A stretch of DNA of 63,868 nucleotides, the filler included, from Collodictyon triciliatum (lineage: Eukaryota): assembly GCA_043381765.1 (NCBI GenBank). It is 14 parts of 14 records of this genome, joined end to end, with 100 filler letters (N's around TTAATTAATTAA, not from the genome) between each part and the next. Parts side by side here need not be neighbours in the genome. Positions count along the whole stretch, not along the records: positions 44,548 to 50,143 come from JBHJMP010006542.1; positions 50,244 to 57,517 come from JBHJMP010006543.1; positions 57,618 to 61,672 come from JBHJMP010006544.1; 11 more parts are not named here. The stretch is one strand, 5' to 3'. Position numbers and translations under genes: made by a program. Below are positions 45,438 to 57,760 of the stretch, in pieces. The notes beneath the pieces were generated by a model. It searched no databases. It was not told the DNA's origin and saw only the letters and a list, made by a program, of their open reading frames with translations. How positions within the stretch are numbered: position 1 is the stretch's first letter; every line of letters starts with the position of its first letter.

Positions 45438-47130
45438 ACTGGTGCGGAAAAACTCCGAGTTGCAGTTAAGTCTAAGAGGACACATGCAAGAAGGCCGCCT
45501 GCAAGTCGTTTACAATCGGACAGTGTTTTTGCATGATGTCAAGCAAGTCGTTTATAACAAGAACAAGGCCCGCAGACTCACAGATGCACTCTCCTTCTTG
45601 AAAGCGAACAAACTTTAGGAAGAGTCCATCCAATTGCGCTTACCGGACAGCGAAGGCCTTTGCCTGATTGCATCGCGCACTGCAGAGAACGCCTGAAAGC
45701 ATCTTTAGCCGAAGCTGGGAAGTTCAATAATATCAAGAGCAGCTTCGGTATAAGAAAATTAACAGAGACCTCGGTGATGCTCACCAATTACAGCTGGATG
45801 TGTGGCTGCAAATCCTTCGTGAGGAGCTTTAGCCGTTCAGACCGACCCAGGTGGAGATCAAAAAGTACCAAGAATTTTTTACAGATACAGCCGTGGTGAA
45901 GCTACTTTTTCATAAGAACCGGCTCCCTGCAAAGTTTACGGTCATGGGCAAAAAGTGTCCAAAGCGTATCTCAAAGAGCGTCTGCCAGCCGTGAACAACG
46001 AACGACAAGCAAAAAAACACCCGCCAAACACTCCTGAGCCGCTACTAGCGCGGTCGAATATTCTGTGAAAACTGTGAAATGTGCGAGTCTACCCAACTAC
46101 AGGCTGTTACAGGCCAACTTTGCTAGGATAGAGCAAAAGGCTTCTGTATCATCAAGTCGAGAGAAAGAAACAGTTCCTTCATCTTGCAACAAGTCGCTTT
46201 CCAAAAGGATGGGAGCTTCGCACCGTCGAAAAATGCAACGATATTTCACTCCTCGAATGCAACCCCTACCACAGCCGTCCTCAACAACAAAGGAGAATGG
46301 CGCTCACGACTCCCCATCTCATACAGAGCACCGTCGCCATTTTTCTTTCGCCTGAAGAACCAAAGGCGGTCCATTATGCCTGATTCTCCGCAATTCTCGA
46401 TAGCCATGGCGTACTCCAAGCTGTTTCGATATAAAATCATCAGTCCGAATCCCTACAAACCGGAAAAATGAGTAGTTGGGCCGAAACTATAGGCATTATA
46501 GACCCGCCGATAGTCAAAAGCTGGAAGCAAGCCCGTATACCTCAGCTACTCCCGAAGCACCGCGCCCTACTTCTCAATATCTCCAACAGAGAGCTGTGGA
46601 TAGGTGCGCGTGTAGTCTATGCAGCAACGACCTCTCCAGAATGCGCCATGCGCCATAGTGGAGATGACTCTATCGAACACACATTTGTGAATTGCTCTCT
46701 TGCTCAAAAAGTGACAGAGGCTACCCACAAGATGCTCTCTGAGCTTGATTATGCTCCCAGCCGTCTCAGCGCGTCTGATATCCTGTTTGTCCCACAATAC
46801 CAAATGACCCACGACTCTAGAATACTCTGGACAGTCACAAGGGGACATATGCTGTGGGCCTTATGGAGTGTGCGTGCACTCTCGCTCTAATGATTCACTC
46901 GAACGAGAAATCAATGTAGCCAGGCTTGAGAGCCTCGTGCAATATAGCTTTCTGAACAGCCTGCTGAAACACGCCCGCATTCTTCGCTACTCTGACCGCA
47001 AGCGAAGAGAGATGTGGGAATGGGTCGTGCAATATCTCCCACAGTACATCCAACGTCTGCTACCCACGCAACCGATCAACCAGTTGGGACGTCGACCTGA
47101 CCACATCGCTATCACTGAGTACTTTCCATT
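45438..47130 (+). mobile_element. Decayed L1/Tx1-like non-LTR retrotransposon (ORF1-like part plus ORF2 C-terminal zf-RVT part)
   Basis: ORF1-like TSVMLTNY../VEIKKYQEFFTDTAVV..LPAKFTVMGKKC. ORF2 end FSIAMAYSKL../SWKQARIPQLLPKHRALL..ECAMRHSGDDSIEHTFVNCSLAQKV..LWALWSVR. Multiple frameshifts and stops. Confidence 0.8.
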
Positions 47131-47448
47131 GCTAGCCTATCCACAGCAATGTCTTCTCTTACTAGCGTTTTCACAGTTTACTCCACACAAGATTGAAAGA
47201 AAGAATAAAAAAGCAGTTTCGAATTTCTCTCGCGTTTTCATGCTAGTATCCGCACATATCAGACATAGGGCATTATTAACCATCGTTGTTTTTCGAGAGT
47301 GGAAATTAGTAGAAATTTAAAAAGGACGAGTACTGTACCTAACTTATACAATCTTGCCTACTCACAGTTATTTTTTATGTTTTTATAATGCAATCTCAAC
47401 CCCAGACATCCGGTCGGTTTTTTTATTTATCATACCTAATAAGCATAT

Positions 47449-48567
47449 TCAGGAGGATATTCCACACAGCTTCATTTTTTTTTCAAAGACTTTCGTTGTG
47501 AATTTGTAAAGCTCTATGTCTTCTCTGTTAGTTTCCTCGTAAAATGAGAGTTCTTTCGCCGTGAAGTGTGGTGTTTGTGTCCTTTCGCCTACGTTAACCC
47601 AGGAGCCGTCATAGTTCTTTGTTTTAGGATCACAAGATATTAGTTGTATTGAGTTAGAACCTCATTTTAATAATTAATCATCATAGACGCACCAATATTT
47701 ATTTGTTTTAAGGTATTTGGAAGCTTTTACCTGGGAAAAATATCCTGGAAAAATCTTTCTCAAAGTAATTATTGTCTCACCTAACCTTTCAGCCAAACCT
47801 ACAAGACTATAAGTAATGGCAACTCTGTACTTTGCTATGTACAAAGACGTACTATCACGGGCTTTGCATTCGGACTGATGACCGCATAAATATGCAGTTT
47901 GCCAATTCCTCGACTCAAGGAAAAGATCTTTGGACGTGGCGTTGCACAATATCCCTTCAGTCTTACACATATACTTTTTCAGAGAAATTATTCTAGCCAA
48001 AGGATTTCGCAACACGTTGATATATGAGATCGTCCCGAACCCAGACTGTGTAAGGTGGGCTTTGTTTCCGAAGTAAGGCAAATAAGCAGTATGACTGTCG
48101 AATATTGCTGGCCGAGTCTCCATCATTTCTTTCTTACGAATTTCAATCTCATCTCTGTTAATGTAAAATTCGTGCGGATTCTGCAGAGGGTGACCAGCAG
48201 TTTTATTAGAATCATATGATACTTGAGTGTATGTACTGTCACTTTTAAAAGCTTTCGAATTCTTTTCTAAGTAATGCAGCAATGATGATGAGGCACATTT
48301 CGGAACGCGGTTGTAATAAATTATTTCTGGGAATTCTGCCCCACACTTCCCTACCATGCTTAACAACTCTTCATCATTAAGCCAAGTTCCATTAGTCTGA
48401 ACGCCATCAATATTTTCATCACTTAATGAATCAGAATTTAATTTTCTAGCCATTGAGGCATTTAGAATTTTCGGCAAAGAATATGCTTCTTCGTATCTTG
48501 AAATAAGAAACATCCAAAGGATCATACGAATAGCCATTGTAAAATTTGTAGACATTACAGAGTTCAT
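47449..48567 (-). CDS. Heparan sulfate 2-O / uronyl 2-O-sulfotransferase-like Golgi sulfotransferase, one intron
   Basis: N-terminal hydrophobic anchor; 5'PSB IYYNRVPKCASSSL; 3'PB YINVLRNPLARIIS; NWQTAYLCG; YSLVGLAERL..IFPGYF. Intron 47730-47617; last exon NREDIELYKFTTKVF..; TGA at 47449. Confidence 0.88.
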
Positions 48568-49549
48568 TTCGACGACACCTATGTATGCTTCCCATGGATT
48601 TTATAATTTAACCTTTCAACTGAGATACTCATGAAATATTTCAAATTCTCTCCAACCCCTTCTGCTCTCCTCTTCTACATCCTTCACCACTTCCTTCAAT
48701 CACTAAATTTATATCCACGTAGGGTGAACGTAAGGATTTTATATTAGACTTTGACTGCATTCAACCAACTTAAGGGGAACTTATGTTAATTCTCCTTTAT
48801 TCGAATCAAATTGTGGTGAACTTGTGTCTTTTGTGCACATTTTTTCAATTGTGTTGATAAAATTCGGCTGCAATACTTATATACAAGATAACGTCAAGGT
48901 GCTCAACTGGCCTCGAAGAACACATATATTTGATGGTATAATTGATAAATCTTCTTTAAACTTGAACATACGAATTCAATCATATTTTCGATTTTTCAAT
49001 TTTTGATTTTAATGGCAAAAAGGAAAAATGTACTGAACTCGCTAATTATTTACTAGAACAAGCTTGGTTAAAATTGCAAAACGAACACATCAGACACAAT
49101 TTACTTCGGTTCATTTCAGAACATAAGACACACTAGGGGAAGGTTAGATAGGGATAGATCGGATTGGTCGCGTGACGTAAACATATCGGAGAGCAACTTG
49201 AGTGACAGAGAGGATTATGAAGCAGAAGGACTGAAATGGAGAGGGGACTGTTCTGCTAGGGTGTGAAATGTGGAATCGAAATTGGAATAAGCGGGAATCT
49301 GGTTGCGTATTCTGATAATTACATTGATGGTGATGTCATCATCATCCAATGTTGTGGAGAGTGCGCTTCATTGTCCGTTGAAGCACCTTTCGCCTGCCCT
49401 GGTTTGGGTGAAACTAAGTGCTCAGGAACGAGTCTCAAGGAGTGTAATACATGGCCGGAAACACACACACCGCGCACTCTGATGGGTTCGAACCACGTCT
49501 GCGCAGGTCAGACGCTCTCTGATGCCAGCCGGACTACAATGACTACCCC

Positions 49550-50143
49550 AAGGCGGACGAAGCAGTTTTCGTCATCGGAGAGTTCGTTCTCAATCGCACT
49601 TTCATAAATGAGATATGTCAGCCACAAATGATCAATTGAGAGGTTCCGTTAACCCGATGCAAGATCTACCCTGCACGAGGCTGACTGGCGCCAGCCTCGC
49701 ACCAGGTCTCACCGAAGTCTATCGATGGTATAATTAAACCAACCGTTATCGAAGGATTCTGGGGAGTATGTTTTTGGAGCCCTTTGGGCAGGACGCATCA
49801 ACCGACTCTCAAACTCAAACTCGCCTGCAAACCACATCGGTTTATGGCCGATGTCATAACCAGCACATGTGAGACGTTCCAAATGCAATAACATACTGTA
49901 AAAAACGCTCCGCGATCTGGAAGGAAGTGCGTAAATTATGCAGAGTTGTCTTTGGACTCGACCTAGTGCCATTCTAAATCAAAGCGAACTTTTCCTGTCT
50001 GCCTTATTTTCTACACCTTGTGCCACCAAATTAGTATTCCCAACTCTTCCACTCCTCTCTGAACCTAACCAAGTACACTTACTTTCCCCTTCCAAGGGCT
50101 TTACCACAAGTTCTATCCTGAAAGGAATCTCTGAGCCTCTTAT
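49550..50143 (-). mobile_element. Decayed LINE apurinic-like endonuclease domain
   Basis: One frame with stops retains degenerate APE motifs in order: WLGSERSGRVG, LCIIYALP..FY, WFAGEF (GDF), DLVRGWR, CRVDL (SRID), SIDH (SDH). Confidence 0.6.
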
Positions 50144-50243
50144 NNNNNNNNNNNNNNNNNNNNNNNNNNNNNNNNNNNNNNNNNNNNTTAATTAATTAAN
50201 NNNNNNNNNNNNNNNNNNNNNNNNNNNNNNNNNNNNNNNNNNN

Positions 50244-50276
<33 letters not shown>

Positions 50277-50989
50277 TTTGATTTTGCTTTTTTTCTTTTT
50301 CTTTTTATCTTTCTCTCCCCAGATTTCAATTGTATATTTTTTTCATCTAAATTTCTTCCACATCAGGATTGTTTGCATCCCTGTGCGACCACCGCATTTC
50401 AATCGGGGCGATCTGTTTGAAAAGAATTGGGTGACAGGCAAATAATTATACACAACTCTCGGCGATCCAGTGGCTGTGGACTTATTCTAGTATACAACCG
50501 GGATTGATCGAGCCGCACGAGCAGAAAATGTCATGACTGATGGAAACATATTCACATATATATTGCTCAGCAAGGGGTCGTTGGTTTCAGGCTTTTAAAT
50601 ATGTATAAGCTAACAAATCATTTGGAGCTGTATAAATGGTGTTAATTTTTGCTTCCACTTAATTTGGGCCGTGCAGATGAGCACTCTTCAGACCAATGGA
50701 CGAGAACCATCGCGCATGTATGCCATAGCATTTCTTCTTTCTTTTTTTATTTGATTTTCACCTTCATTTCTACCTTGGCATATTTTCTTATCAACTCTTG
50801 TTTTGTTCCTTAATCTCACCTTCATTTCCCACGAGATGATAATTATTTTATTATTTTTTATCCCCAACTATTGGGGTGATGAATGTAAATAGGGAAAAGT
50901 CAAAAACCTCTTTTCTATTATCCTTTTTCCGATTCGATTCCTTTCCTTTCCTTTCCTTTCCTTTCCAATCGTTTCAAAAACTAACTCAG

Positions 50990-53900
50990 ACTTGGGATAA
51001 CAGTGAGATCGATGAAATGGATGGTGCTGGTATAGATCTTGATGTTTCCCTTGATACTCTCGCCAGTTACCTTCCTAGACATGTGATGAAGACTCTGTGC
51101 GCTGTTGAAAAGGCTCATAAAAGGGAGGAACCAATCCACTCTGGTTTGACATATCAATACTATTCTAAATGAAAGGTTGTCTCTTTCAGCCTTGGTTTTT
51201 GTTTTTTTTTTTAAAAAAAAAAAATACCTACGCGCAGTTATTGTCTTTATGGACATCAGTGGATTTACGCGCCTTAGTGACACGCTTCAGCGACAAGGAC
51301 CGTCTGGAATAGAGAACCTTACAAAGTCTTCCTTTTTATTATTGTTATATAATGCCTTCGTTTATAACATTATACTTTTGCAGCAAAATAAAAAAATTAA
51401 ATCATCCCTTAAAAATAATTAATTGTAAAGGCATCTTAACCGATATTTTGGCTCGTTAATTGATACAATTGACGAGTACGGCGGAGATGGTTCTTTTTAT
51501 AATTTTTTTTTTATATTTTATTCAATTATCAAGAAAAAAACTATTTCAATTTGTTAACTTTTCTATGGATTGCTATCTCATATATCCATTAACCAATATA
51601 AATTTCTTACACAAGCTTTTCAATATTTTTTTATTATTTAGTCATCAAGATAGCTGGAGATGCACTCATGGTCATGTGGAAAATTTTCAAAGAACCACGC
51701 GAAAATCCGTCAAAGGATTCTGACGCTCAATTTTTAAGATTCTATGAACACGAAAACTTACGAACAGCTTTAATCAAAGCCATGAAATGTTGTATCAAAT
51801 GCATCGACATTAATCAGTGTTACAAAATTGATTCAATTGCTTCTTGTGTATTTGAAAGTGAAAAAGACAGCTTTGGGCTGTATAGTTGTAACCCATCAGC
51901 TAAATCACCTCAAATTCATTCAAATAATTTTCTATTGCAATTGCACTGTGCTGTAGTCGGAGGAATTTTTACGGGTGTTCATTGTGGAGGTATACAATAT
52001 TTATCGAATAGTATTCCTCTAATTTTTAAGCAATCAAGTAAATGATTTATTTATAAAGCCTTATTTTTAAAATTGAGGAATGTCAGAATTCCATTTTCCA
52101 CTAAGAATTACAACACGATTTATTATTGCCTAAGGATTCAACGACCATTGGGAATTCCTATTATGTGCGCGAGAACTGTTTCAAGAGATTAAGGTCGCAC
52201 TTAACGAATCACAACCGGGAGAAGTCGTGGTTGGAAGAAGCCTTCGGCAACTATTTTCTACAATTAAAGAATTGCAGGATATTTCAATTGATTCTGAGGT
52301 TTAATATTAAATATTTTATGCATTAGACATATGTTTCAATATTTAAAATCATTTAATTAATTTTAATAAATCATGAAAAACAATCAGATTATTGAAAAAA
52401 CAGGGTTGAATCTTCGTATAATACCAAGAATCAAGCTTCGAAATCAAAAATCAGACGGTAATTTTCCTAACAAATCAAAAAATTGGATCTTTTGTAAAGT
52501 TATAGATTTTTTCCTTTATTCGATTCAAAGTGCAGCGAGGTTTTTGTAAAGTTATAGATAAAAGTATGCATTAAATTGGCAAAATTCATACACCTGGTAT
52601 ATTTAGCCCAATATACTCCTATTATTTATTTTTCCTGTACTCGTTCTAATAAAAGTATCCTCATCGAAAAAAGCTACAGGATCAAATCATCATTCGATCG
52701 TAAAGCTATCAGAAATTAGTACGCCTAGCTTTCCCGAGAAACATCAACTATCCAAAGGTGCACCCGAAAAAAAGGATCGCCCATCTCAACTCAAGGTTCC
52801 TACATGCGAAATTATTGGTTTTTATTGGTTTTTTATTGGTTTTTTATTGGTTTTTTATTGGTTTTTTATTGGTTTTTTATTGGTTTTTTATTGGTTTTTT
52901 ATTGGTTTTTTATTNNNNNNNNNNNNNNNNNNNNNNNNNNNNNNNNNNNNNNNNNNNNNNNNNNNNNNNNNNNNNNNNNNNNNNNNNNNNNNNNNNNNNN
53001 NNNNNNNNNNNNNNNNNNNNNNNNNNNNNNNNNNNNNNNNNNNNNNNNNNNNNNNNNNNNNNNNNNNNNNNNNNNNNNNNNNNNNNNNNNNNNNNNNNNN
53101 NNNNNNNNNNNNNNNNNNNNNNNNNNNNNNNNNNNNNNNNNNNNNNNNNNNNNNNNNNNNNNNNNNNNNNNNNNNNNNNNNNNNNNNNNNNNNNNNNNNN
53201 NNNNNNNNNNNNNNNNNNNNNNNNNNNNNNNNNNNNNNNNNNNNNNNNNNNNNNNNNNNNNNNNNNNNNNNNNNNNNNNNNNNNNNNNNNNNNNNNNNNN
53301 NNNNNNNNNNNNNNNNNNNNNNNNNNNNNNNNNNNNNNNNNNNNNNNNNNNNNNNNNNNNNNNNNNNNNNNNNNNNNNNNNNNNNNNNNNNNNNNNNNNN
53401 NNNNNNNNNNNNNNNNNNNNNNNNNNNNNNNNNNNNNNNNNNNNNNNNNNNNNNNNNNNNNNNNATTGGTTTTTTATTGGTTTTTTATTGGTTTTTTATT
53501 GGTTTTTTATTGGTTTTTTATTGGTTTTTTATTGGTTTTTATTGGTTTTTATTGGTTTTTATTGGTTTTTATTGGTTTTTATTGTAGTCATTGTTGCTAT
53601 CCTTTTGGCTTTTAATTATTAAAATGGGATAATATCATGGAAATAGTACAATGTGTTAGCTATGTAAATTTTTATTTAGGTGTGGATTGATACAATCAAT
53701 CTGTCTAAAAAGACCGCAAAATCTATGGTCAGTTACCATCAAACCATCATCAAGCAGAAGTTTGTTCACGGCAACAAGAATCGCACTGCAGAAGTCAGAA
53801 AGTGCTCTATTCTGTTTGTAGGTTTTATGGGCATATTGCGTATTATAAGGAAATATTGGCATATGTTCACTTGATTTCTCTGAATAATTTCATCGCTTTT

Positions 53901-56900
53901 ATTATTTCTTTACATGATATTTTTTTTATACTTATATGCATATTTTTGAATCGAATAAAGGAGAAAATACTTTTATGCAGATAGGCTTTCACAATTTGGA
54001 TTTTTCTGAGGGCTTCCTTGGAGTTCTACAGAATATAATTTTCATCATTCAATCGATTGTGTTACCAACTGAAGGCTTCATCAGGCAATATCTGATGGTA
54101 ATCTTGAGTGCAATTTATTCTAAATCATATCATCTTTCCCAAAAAAAAAAGCCTCTTCTAAATGTTTTTTTATTCTCTCAAAAGGATGATAAAGGATGCG
54201 TTGCTGTAGTAGCATACGGCCTTCCTGGCATGTTTCATGAAGGTTGAAGAGCTATATTTCTTTGTCTTTTGTACTTTTTTTTTTACTCTTGGATCAATTT
54301 TTATTTTTATTTTAGTTTATAATATTATAATACAATATACAATTCGTAGATGATTCGCTACGATGCCTTCAAGCAGCTATTTTAATTCACGAAAAGCTCT
54401 TAGCCTTCAGTGTGTTAAATTTTCTCATAAATTAGACGACCATTGGAATTTTCTTGATATTCCCATTATTAAAGTATTGGTATTAAATTGCTATTATTGA
54501 TTATCGTTTCTGATTTAGATGTACATTCCTCGATGGGATGCACTACAGGAAAAGTATATTGCGGTGAAGTTGGTTGCAAGATACGGCGAGAATATGCCAT
54601 AGTTGGAGGTTTTTTAGAATATGCATAATATCATATGTCATCGTATTTCGGGGATATGCTATTTTTCTTAAGCTTCGTCTTATGTTATCAATTTCAATAG
54701 TAATTATAAAACGTATGTGGCTGGTCATAATTTTATAAACATATTTTTCTTCATCACATTTAAATTATACAGATACCGTTAATTTGGCTGCCCATCTCAT
54801 GTGCCAAAATACTGGAATTCTATGTGACGAATCTACTTATAACTCTTTGATTGGAATGATGGAATTCGTTTTGATTCAAAATGTTAAAGTGAAAGGTGCA
54901 ACAAAACATCAATATTTAAGTGCACCTTTTTATAATTTGTGTATTCATTTACCAAGAAGGAATATATTCATTTGATTTATATTCACCTCATATATGCTCC
55001 TACCTTTGAATTATTTTTACCTTTGACACAGGAAAACCAAATGGAATAGAAGTTTATCAACCGATAACTAAAAATCCAAATGTATCCATACAATCTTCTA
55101 CCATTGTAAGAAAGCTTGGCACGATTTCTTCTGATGCAAAATGCCTCATGAACCAGGACAAAAATATTGGGAGGGAAAAAGAACTTGATAGAATCAACAG
55201 TATTTTTCGGTCTACAAAAAACAGTACCAATTCCACGACACCTGTTAGAGTCATTCTCGTTGATGGAGATGTTGGTATGGGGAAGACATCACTCACCGAA
55301 GAAGCCTACTCACTAGCCAAAAAAGAGGGGTTCATTGTTGGTTATAGTTGTCCATCTTTTGCGAGGGAGGCCACTTCTTTTAATGTCTGGAGAGATTTTT
55401 TTATGTCTGCTTATTCTTTCTTTGAAAAAGGAAGTCAACAAGATAGATTAGAGGTCAGAAACAAAATCTTAATACATATTTGTTCAACAATCAAAATGAT
55501 ATGTTAGCTAACTACCGATTGTCTTATGTACCTATTTAGTTCTTTGAAAATATCCTTTCCCGCCTTGACTTTGGGACATCAACAATTCACTCGAGTTTAA
55601 CAGAGCTTGATTCAAGCTCCGACTACGTTTCTCACTACCTACCTATCTTCGGGCAAATATTTGAATTTCATTCTGAAGAAACAAAAGCTTCAAAAAGCCT
55701 CTCTCCAAGTCAGCGTTTGGAATGTGTTTCTGAAATATTAAAACATTTCTTTGAGATAACATCACAAACGCATTATTTATGTGTATTCGAACAAGCACAA
55801 TGGTAACTTTTTTTTATATTATTAAATCAAAACAAACCCGATAGATTAACTATAATTGGTTATGTGTCTACAATATTCCCTCCATTTCATTTTTTTTATT
55901 AATTTTTGTAGGATGGATACTTATTCGTGGAACTTAGCTATTGATTTATCGACAAAACTGAAGAATATATGCATAATATTGACTTGCCGGTCGCCTTATT
56001 TAACCACAGTCAAAGATAAACTGTCCTCTTTAATTTCAGTCCAAAAGGTAGACTTTTTTACCCTGATGCCTCTAAATTCATCTCAAGTGTCTGACCTCGC
56101 TCGGAAAATATTCGATGCTACAACAATTTCTCCAACCCTCGTTGAATTTCTTTATAACCGCAGTCAGGGGATACCCCTTCACGTAGAAGGTTAAACTCAT
56201 TATCGACTATATTTTCATTTTATAATGTGAATACCGGAATTTCAAATGAGTATGAATTTTATTTTCTTTTTAAAAAAAAAAAGCTAATTTTGAACGGATT
56301 GGTTTGACATTACTTATTAACATCTTTAGAAATTGCAAAATATTTATTAAGAAATGGAATAGTCAAAATTGAGGAATATGCGTGTCATATTTCTATTGAT
56401 AATGATTTAAAAAGTATCCCCTTCCCAGAGAGTATTGAAGGATTGGTTAGTAATTTGAATTTAATCGTGAATATCATAATAATAATAATCCAAATATGAT
56501 GATCTAAAGATCCACAACTTACAAAAATGATTCACAAACTAAATACACAGATTATACAAAGGATAGATGAGCTAGGGGCAAATTGTTCATTCTGTCTTAA
56601 GATAGCTAGGTTAAGGTTTTAAAAAATGGGAGTACCATGAGTCGGTCGAATATTTCTAATCGTAATTCTGTATGATTAATAGTGTGATAGGGGTTCAGTT
56701 TTCATTATCACAATTAAAGAGAGTTTATCCAGTACAAACGGACGTGAACAGTATTGAAGCTTATGTAGAAGCATGCGTAGAAAAGAAAATGCTATATCCT
56801 ATCCCGTCTAAAACAAAGACTTACAGCTTTAAACTGGAAGCTATTCAACTCGTTTCTTGTGAGTACATTTTCCCATATAATTTATTATTTTATTCTAATT

Positions 56901-57282
56901 TCATTAAACTTCAATTATTTTCTTCCTTCGAATTTATGCAAGATTAAAGGTGACGGTATTTGTTGGTTTTCTTTATATTACATATATTTGCTTCAAAGTA
57001 GTTTTTTTTATTTTACCCAAAATCACTCCTATTTTTAAACCTGTACCTTTCAATTTTGCAAGTCATGTAATACTTCTCTTTTTTTTCTGTCGTATTTATT
57101 CTACAATAAATAGATAATATGCTCCTGCTTACCCAACGCAAGAAAATGCACGTAGTTGTGGCTCTAGCTTTGGAGTCTGAAAACCAGTCAGATATGGATG
57201 CAATTGCACCCATAATTGCCTATCACTTTGAACGAGGCGAGTGGTTTCGAAAGGCCATCCGTAAGTTCGTCTCCCAGCTGCA

Positions 57283-57320
<38 letters not shown>

Positions 57321-57430
57321 TGTAAATTAATCATGTTCCCTGACATATGTCCTTTTTAATTACCAATAGAATACTACAGTCTCGCAGCCGAACTATTTTT
57401 CGAACAATGCGATATAGCGAGTACCCAAAA
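50990..57430 (+). CDS. ADCY10: Soluble adenylyl cyclase type 10-like protein (two class III cyclase domains + STAND P-loop + helical region), spliced, partial
   Basis: SYLPRHV; FMDISGFTRLS..LNRYF..GGD|VIKIAGDAL; DDKGCVAVVAYGLPG; GCTTGKVYCGEVG..RREYAIVG|DTVNLAAHLM; VKVKG; IGREKEL; Walker A GDVGMGKT; Walker B region VFEQAQW|MDTYSW; SQGIPLHV; AYHF. Confidence 0.93.
52814..53584. repeat. (ATTGGTTTTTT)n repeat flanking an assembly gap inside an ADCY10 intron
   Basis: Same 10-11-mer on both sides of the N run. Confidence 0.9.
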
Positions 57431-57617
57431 AGTAATATTTTCAAGATGAATCTTAAGAAAACGCTTTTTGTTAATATCCTCAAATAATACTGACGAATCA
57501 TATGTCACCAATAAATGNNNNNNNNNNNNNNNNNNNNNNNNNNNNNNNNNNNNNNNNNNNNTTAATTAATTAANNNNNNNNNNNNNNNNNNNNNNNNNNN
57601 NNNNNNNNNNNNNNNNN

Positions 57618-57703
<86 letters not shown>

Positions 57704-57760
57704 GAAGCAAAACATACCGAAATATAAAATTCAAGCATCCACATATAATAACAAACTAAC

